From the human T2T-CHM13v2.0 reference genome, Homo sapiens: a DNA stretch of 64,000 nucleotides. Below the pieces are notes generated by a model. It did no database searches, was not told the DNA's origin, and worked only from the letters and a program-made list of their open reading frames with translations. The number at the start of each line of letters is the position of its first letter. The stretch's first letter is position 1. Shown piece by piece: positions 55,799-64,000 of this stretch. A program made the position numbers and the translations under genes. The stretch lies in assembly GCF_009914755.1 (NCBI RefSeq), contig NC_060947.1; one strand, written 5' to 3'.

Positions 55799-58226
55799 TC
55801 ACAAATGACTCAAAGAGTAAAACCTTCCTTTCAGTGTCCTTTTTCCTCTGAGAATCCTAGCTAGGACTCTCTCATACCCTTTAATAAACACCAAACGTGA
55901 ACCACACTCTCTTTGAAAGGTGTTTTATTTTTATGCCTCGACTCTAAGTTGATGAGTTTGATCAGTATTCAGGATCTGAAGTTGTTCTTAAATCTCACTG
56001 GCATTGGGTGAAGATATGGGCAAAGATATAATTCCCATCCTTGGATTACTGGGGAATATCTGAGAGTTAAGGGGACCTAGCCTGTTCTACATAAACAGAG
56101 TCAATTGTCACCTGAATAAGAAAAAAAAAATGTTTTAGCAGAAATTTTTAAAGAGATCCGATGATACTTTCTTGTATTAGCATTAGAGAAGATCTGTTAG
56201 ATTAATCTGTATGGCTAAGGTTGTGTAAACTCTATTTCTAGCTATGCATTTATAATCATTAAGCGCTTTTCTCCTTGAAATATCAGTCACCTCAGCATCT
56301 CTCTGCTACCCTAATATTAGGTGAAAAAAATACTCTCCACTAAAATTTTCTATAGGCAAACTAAAGTAATTGCATAATCTATCCAGTTTTCAGACCTGAG
56401 GCTCGCTTATTTCTCCTTTCACCTTCAAATTGTATTTCATAATATTCTTTCTAAGTCCTCTAACAACTTTATAAGGCTGAGGGAGGAAAATTCCCTTGAT
56501 CTGAGGAGGTGTTTAATCTTATGCTGGGGACAAAAATTTAACAAAAGTGAAACTTCAACCTTGTCCAACATCAGCAAATCACAAGCTTTATTCCCAAGTG
56601 TCATGAAAAGATGCATTTCTCTAAAGCCAATTTATTAGCCAAACTAGAAACACAACAACATTGCTTTTATACTACCTTATACACCTAAGCTCTGGTTGGA
56701 ATTCTCAGTCCTTTGAGGCAAGGAATCAATGCTAATTAAGTAAATCTCTCATGCATCTAGGGGGAAGGGGCAATTCAATTATAAATGTAGTTCACATAAA
56801 TAGAGGTAAATCCCGCTCAGTAAACACCTTTCCCAGTAATAAAGAAATGCAAACTTAAGGCTTTAGTATATTTTACAAGTTATTCATGGCCAGTTCTAAT
56901 TAAATATTAAGAAAAAAACAAAAATAGTGGTTAATACCTATGTAGGTTTGTGCAAAAATACTTTTCCACCTATATTGCGCACACATTTTTCTCTTTTAAA
57001 AAAAGGAAAACAGAAAATCCTGGAGTTTCCCCAGAAGCATGAAACAGACATGGTGGTGGAAGCAGGAGTCTGCACTCCTCCCTTGGAAGGGAAGGCCCCT
57101 CTGTTTTTGCTCTGAAATACTCTAAAGATAGAGAAATGACCCTTTTCATGGAAGCTGAGACTTTCTTTAAAGTGGGAGGAAGGAAGATAACTTGGGAGAC
57201 TTATCTGAAGAATCAAGTGAGAAAAATAATAAAGAATTTTAAAAAGCAATGCAAGGAGGCAGGAGGACGGGAGGACGTGAGGAGGGAATGGCTGAAAGAA
57301 GACTGCGTGGGAGGCTGGAGCGAGGTCCAGAGACAAAAGACTCAAACTTTTCTTCTCTCTCTCTTCTGTGTGCTTGTTTTCCTCAGAGGGCACATACTCA
57401 AGTGCACGTAGTAGGAACACTTAGAAACACGGTATGCCAGCTCCATTACTGGAAGAGAGGAATGGATTTCTTCCAAACACCAATATTCCCAACATGTTTC
57501 CTTATATACTGAAGGAAGCTATGGGTGGTTTGAAGTTTTTCAATTATTTTCTTTTTTGTTACTCTGCTTTAGTCATCATAAATATTTTGCCTCTGATCCA
57601 GGCATTTAAGAAGTAACTAGTGAAAATTTTTCGAATCACTTTTGTATTAAGAGTCTTATTTAGCCGTGTGATGGAAATGAACAGAGAAAAACTGCATGCA
57701 TTTCATTTTATGGGGCCTGCTCTTATCTCTGTACAGGTGAATGGGTAACACATAGAACAGCAAATGTTGAGTAGAAATAGCTCCAGAGGGGAGCAAAGCA
57801 ATTGCTCTGAAATTACAGGAGCAGAAGATGACACAGTTAGGAGAGAAATACTGTGCAGTGTGCTCTGCTAAAACTGGATGTGGTTAAACACAAGAACAAT
57901 CCATCACAGAAGACTGAAGAGCACATTTCCCTAAACAAACATGTCAAACAGAATTCAACTTTCATGGAGCTATTTTGAAAAAATTTCCATTTAGGTATAC
58001 ACAATCCATGCTATGGACCCGAAAAGGAGGTGAGAATATCAATAGGGACAATTTAATTGCCATGCATATGCTTTTCAAAATGAGCATCTTAGAGAACACA
58101 CCTAGACTTTTTGATGAAACATTAAATGTAATGATTAGCTCTTTCTAGGACCCTCAATAAGCAACCAGCAGATACAGTTGTGTGAAACCATTGTTTCCTT
58201 AAGCTAGGAATTTCCATTAAATATAT

Positions 58227-58228
<2 letters not shown>

Positions 58229-58257
<29 letters not shown>

Positions 58258-58287
58258 ATGTGTGTGTGTGTGTGTGTGTTTGTGTGT
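58229..58287 (+). repeat. Compound (TA)n(TG)n microsatellite
   Basis: Alternating purine-pyrimidine run. Confidence 0.93.
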
Positions 58288-60524
58288 ATTCACTAGTAGA
58301 TATATCTTTAAAGCTACATAAAAACCCAAGTATTCTAATACATCTTCACTTTCTAAATTATGTTTACAGTAGAGGATGCTATAGGCTTTGAAGCCATTGA
58401 AGAACAGGGACCATGTGGTGGTACCCTATGCATGAGGGCTGTGGGGGTGAGAGAGGGTGGGGACAGGATAAAAGAAATGGCTGACTCTCCAGGATCCTCT
58501 TTGCTGTGCAGGAAAAGCAGACAGTGGCGGTTGGGGGGCGGCGAGCAGGCAGGACTTCAACACAGGGATCCCACTAATGGTTCCTGAGGCTCTGGTTGTG
58601 CCTAATCATCTTCTCAACCTTCTAGCTTCAAAAGCTCATTCTTTTCCTTTCTATGTATGCCACAGTAGCTAACTCTTGCTATTCCTTCCTATGTAAGACA
58701 GATTTTTTTTGTCTTTTACAGAGTGATAGACTCTTAGAGCCAGAAGGTTGCTTTAAAATCATTTTGCAGTTGAGACAACTGAGACCAGAGATATGGAGAC
58801 TCACTCTGGGTGTTATGGCAGGATATCTAGGTTTTCTGATTTCTCATGGAGGTACATATTGTAAGGGGGAAAAGTGGGTGGCAGAAGGTGTCCTTACTGA
58901 CTTTACAGAACAGGAAAACCATTCTGCATTCCATGCTAATGACAACAGTAGGATAAAACAGAAGCACCAAAAAGTTGGTTAGTGGAGAAAAAAAAAGTCT
59001 CATGGTGCCCATATAACCCCAAGTTCATCCTATAGGTCAATCTGTATATTCTATGTTGATGTATAAATAATTCTGTGATCTAATTAGCACAGAAACAGAA
59101 AGAGGTGAGTAATGGTGGAAGAACTGCTGTATGTTTGCTGATTTTTCTTGCCCAGGCATGCCACTCTACAGGCAACTTACACTTATGGCTGAGGGACCTC
59201 CCAAGCAAATCTTTGCACTTCAAGAAAGTCAATGCACTTTGATGTAGTTGTCTGTGCAGTAAGGGTTAATTCCAGAGAGGCTGGAGTTGGCACGAGATGA
59301 CTTGCTAAAATATCTACACAGTGCAGAGCCCTGGTCAAAGCACTTGCTTTTCAAAGTGACTTACTGTGTTGAAGTGTAGCCATGGGTTGCAGGTTATCAC
59401 CATTGTTTATTGCTAACAGTAACATTGACCATTTTTACCCGGGCACAGTCAGACCAACGGAAGCCACTGAGTTTGAGGCTGGTTACATAGGAACAGTATG
59501 CCTAGGTTACCCACGGGATATAAGAAACCCTGGCTGAAACTCCAATTTGTGCTCCCTGGTTTCCAAGGTGTTCTGTGCTCACATCAGTAGCTCTTGTTCC
59601 AAGAGAGAAAATGCATCGTGGTGTGGCTCTTGTAGACAGAGGGCAATTATAGCTTGCACCTGTCCTCTCTGGACCCTATGCTGTGAGGCAGGCTGTGGCT
59701 GTGACACTTATTCTTGTTTTAATGTTGTGGGTATATTGCATCCTTTTTCTGCAAGGAACTCTAGATTCGTAAGCACTGTCATTTGGTTCCTGTGAGTCCT
59801 CTTTAGCAATTGAACCCTGTTTAACTTCCACTGTCAGGGCAGTGAGTGTCAGAAGCAAGATTGTTTAGAACACCTCCAACTCATTCTTAGCTAAAAGTAT
59901 GACTGAGGCATTATTTAGAAAGAAAAAAAGAAGATTCTGATAAAAGGGATGAAAAAGAACCTTTGAAGTTGCTCAACAAGCTACGCTTGGTTGAAAAGTA
60001 ACACAGGCTTTGAAATTGGTTACTGATGGTGTAACTTTCTAGTGGAATCTGGAAGTGAGAGAACTTGAACCTAAGGAGCTAACAAAATGGATTAGGAGGC
60101 AATTGCAAACTGATGGCAAGGCTGCTAAAAAAAATCCAATTCCTTGGCTGGGTTGGCAAAAGCTAATGTTAAGTTCAGAATTTCTTTCCACTGGGCTTCA
60201 CCCTCTCTGGCCTGCAGGTGGAGTCCCAACCAAAAAGCTGAAGCAACTATCATTTTTGAGAAATGGGCTACACCTGTGAGACCAGTTACAATTAAAAAGA
60301 TAATTCAAGTGGGGCACTTACAGGTATTCCCTATGTCACTACAGGTTTCTTTTTTGATGCCAGACCTAGTAGTCCCTGAACTGGGGCTACAATTAAGAGT
60401 TTCAAAGGCTGGTAATATTCCAAAATAAGATACTATGGCTATTAGTTGGTACTTAAGCACAAGCATTCCACAAGGATCAATGGAATGGATTACTCCTTCC
60501 TTGTGCCTTGCCTAATTGAAGCTA

Positions 60525-60909
60525 TCACACAACCCCATCATAGGTTGAAAATATCTTAAGTCACAAATGCATTTAATACACCTAACTAACTGAAACTCAC
60601 AGCTTAGCCTAGCCTACCTTCAATGTGCTCCCAACACTTACATCGGCCTACAGTTGGGCAAAACTGTCTAGCAACACCTTACACAGTAAAGTGTCAGTTG
60701 TTTAGCCTCATGATCTTGTGGCTGACTGGGAGCTGAGGTTCAGTGCTGCTGCCCAGCAAGGGGAGAGAGTATCATACCGCATATTACTAGCCTCGGAAAA
60801 GATCAAAATTCAAATCTAGAAGTAGAGTTTCTATTGAATGCATATCACTTTGCATCACTGTGAAATCAAAAATTGTTAAGTTGAAACTTCACAAGTTGGG
60901 GACTGTCTG
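60525..60909 (+). mobile_element. Tigger5/MER47-like DNA transposon
   Basis: ttgaaaatatcttaagtc...gcatttaatacaccta...agcttagcctagcctacctt...aagttggggactgtctg. Confidence 0.8.
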
Positions 60910-60980
60910 CATTGTGTGGTGTGTGTGTGTAGCTGGGGAAGAGGTTTGGCTTAAAATTAATGATAAAAGGAAAAAGGTGA

Positions 60981-61350
<370 letters not shown>

Positions 61351-64000
61351 GATACTTTTTTTTTTTTTTAAAGGGAAAACCTAATATAATGTTGCTGCCT
61401 ACGGAGAGGTTTAAAATAAGAGAATAATATGCTCCCTTGGCTTAGACTCAGATGCCTCTTGGGGTGGGGGACTCTGCTAAAACCTCCTCCTCCTTGAAAG
61501 AGCCAAGATGTGAGTGGGAGAGTCAGCCAACCTATCCAACACACTGGATGACGAGATGGGCGTTCTAACTGCGACTACAACACCATGGAGCAATATTAAT
61601 GTGGCTTTTGGTTAGTATTCGTTAATGTCTTTTGGTTCTTCTTTCACAGGACATATCTGTTATTAATCAGCTGTGTCAGGAAATAACCTGAGGGAATATT
61701 TACCCAGTCAAATCTGAAGAACAATGATTTATAACAATCTCAATAAACACTGTGTGGCCATCAATTGTGATGATGAAGGTTTAACAAAGGTATTGGGCAT
61801 GTGATAGAAGGCTTACGTGCTGTATGTTTCATCTGTCATAACATTATGTGTTTAAAAAAATAGCTATTTGCCCCATTACTCCGTGTGGAAAGCCATTAGT
61901 GGGTGGAGGGACAATTGGGACAGCTTGAATCAGTGACAGATATTTAAGTTGAATTTGGTGGGCCTACTTTCCTGAGACTGAAAAGCTAGAAATTGGATAT
62001 GGATGGCTACAGAAATTTCTGTGACATACCCAAACCAAAGTCCTTTTAGGAGTGACTACTATTCATATGATTTTAGCCTAGTCACATTTTTGTGTCTCAT
62101 GTGTATTTCCCATTAAAGCTGCTATTTCTCAATGGCAACATGTCTGGTGGGCCAAGGGGCATGAATCCACTTGAAATAAAAGAAACTTCTATTAGGAGAA
62201 TTAGGAACTGGGCTAGAGATACCTGGCCAGGTAGAATTTGCTTTGAATGAGAAATGATAAACTGACGAAAAAGACTTCCTAGTGCAAGAAGCGCACTTCA
62301 AGGGCATCCAATTCCAGGAGGAAGGATAGGGATGGCAAGCTGCCAAGGTTGATAGCTGGAGAATGGAACCAATAATTACTAGAAAACGGAACCTACGAGG
62401 TGTTCTTTAATCTCTTTAGCATCTGACTGAGAGAAAACCATTCTTTCCCTAGTGGGTAACAGCTAAACAAGATTACAGTATTTCCCCTGGGAGATAGATG
62501 GGTCATGTTATGAGACCTCTCTTGGGCACTAATATCTGTCAAACCATATAAACTGAGAAAATTAGTTTGGCCATGTCCTCAAGACGTCTTAAACTCAGAA
62601 CTAACAGAGACATGGCCTCTAACCTATGTGAAAAATAATACATGGTATATAGAAAAAGTAGATTTTTGTAGGAGAGTGGCAAAATAATTACACTGGCCTC
62701 TCGAGACCCCCTTGCTGTGGAGGCAGCCTGTGGCTGTGGATCCATATCCTGACAGTAATGCTCTTGTAATGTAGCCTTTTCTGGCAATAGAGCGCGGATT
62801 TGTAAGCCATGTTATTGTGGGTCCTGAGAGTCTTCTTTAGCAACTGAAGCCTATCTAATGTCACCCTTAGCGCACCATCAAAAGGTGAGGTGCATTTACA
62901 GAGAAGGCGGTGCATTTTTCACCTGGTTTGTCATGGTGAGGGCGAGTCCAGAAACTGTGACTATTCACACAACTCCAGCCTGTACCAAATCTCTATAATG
63001 TGTGCTTTAGTTGCTGAATAGAGGCAAAATGTTCTCTATTTCTTACTGTTTGCAGAATATTTGTCACACTTATCAACTGCAGTATATTTAGCCCTATGGT
63101 TTGGGCTCTCTCCAACCCACCACACATTATTAATAAACTAAATACACTTGCTTTGTTAAGTGCGTTTTTATTTCTGCTCTTACAAGTTGGCTTTTTAATT
63201 TTAGAAGCCTCACACCTGTAGAATGTCATCAGAACTACAAAGGGAGAAAGAATGCTTAAATTACCTTCTTCATAACTTTCAATGGAGTATCAGCTATATG
63301 AAACAGTTTATAAATCCTTCTTACCAAGATTTTATCTTTGTTCCTGCTTTTCTACCAAGTTTCATTTTCATTTCCAATGTGTTGAGAGGCAGTAAGGAGT
63401 CATGCAACACTTAACTGATTACAAACTGGGGACATTATAGGCCAACGGTGATGCTCTCCACTTAAATAGTGAATTCTCTATAGTGGATACAATTGGGTTA
63501 TTTGGCTTTCTGCAATACGGAAACATTGATAGGGAAGTGAAAAAAAAATAAGATCAAGTGCTTAATAGAGGTGGAAGTGCATATTTCCAAGGCATCTGTA
63601 ATTCAAACTCTTCACTGGCACCAGGAAATCACTGAGATAACATCATTAATTTTCCTTAAAGTTAGAGTTGGTAGAAGTGGCCTTTGGTAGGGAAAGCTAG
63701 CCAGGGCAAGTTTTATTTGCCTGTACCGCAGACAATAGCTCTTTATCATGGCTTTGCAGGCTTAGAAATGACAAAAGCCTGGAAGCTAAATCTAAGCAAA
63801 TATAAAATTAGGAGAAAATTCTTAAATCATATATTGAAAGTAAGTAATGTGACCACACATATGTTCAATAAAAGGATGGGGTGAACTCTTCATTCTATAG
63901 TTTTACTATATATGGCACCCTCCTAGCATTAATGAGAATTCAATACTTAATTTAGATACATACACCTTAATTTTGGCATACTTGAATCTTTTTCACATAT

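Noticed and set aside
56938-57420. 160-aa minus-strand ORF in intron 64
   Set aside because: No recognisable domain, low-complexity composition; plausible by chance

Overview
Human genomic DNA, entirely within the dystrophin gene (DMD, Xp21), which is transcribed on the minus strand. The window runs from intron 64 (right end) through exons 65-74 into intron 74 (left end). All ten exons were located from AG/GT boundaries and translation: 202, 86, 158, 167, 112, 137, 39, 66, 66 and 159 nt. They encode the EF-hand region, the ZZ zinc finger and the syntrophin-binding region. The rest is AT-rich intron with Alu, FAM, L1, L2, MIR, THE1/MaLR and ERV1 solo LTRs, DNA transposons and microsatellites. 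Almost all ORF-track entries are repeat-derived or chance ORFs. I found no convincing undescribed protein-coding system. The best leads are regulatory or splicing-level. (1) Two THE1 LTRs lie antisense to DMD, one with a perfect DUX4 site and one with a perfect CAG|GTAAGT donor. (2) Three well-defined latent pseudoexons are each one base from a consensus-like donor. (3) Inverted Alus bracket exon 67. (4) RBFOX, QKI and MBNL motif clusters sit beside the alternative exons 71-72. (5) Exon 68 has a ~130-nt AG-exclusion zone. (6) A MER85 piggyBac MITE has an intact CSB-PGBD3 palindrome. (7) There is an old 130-bp local duplication of a FAM/L1 junction. Repeat subfamilies and literature links are from memory and were not checked by search; repeat edges are approximate unless target-site duplications (TSDs) are given.
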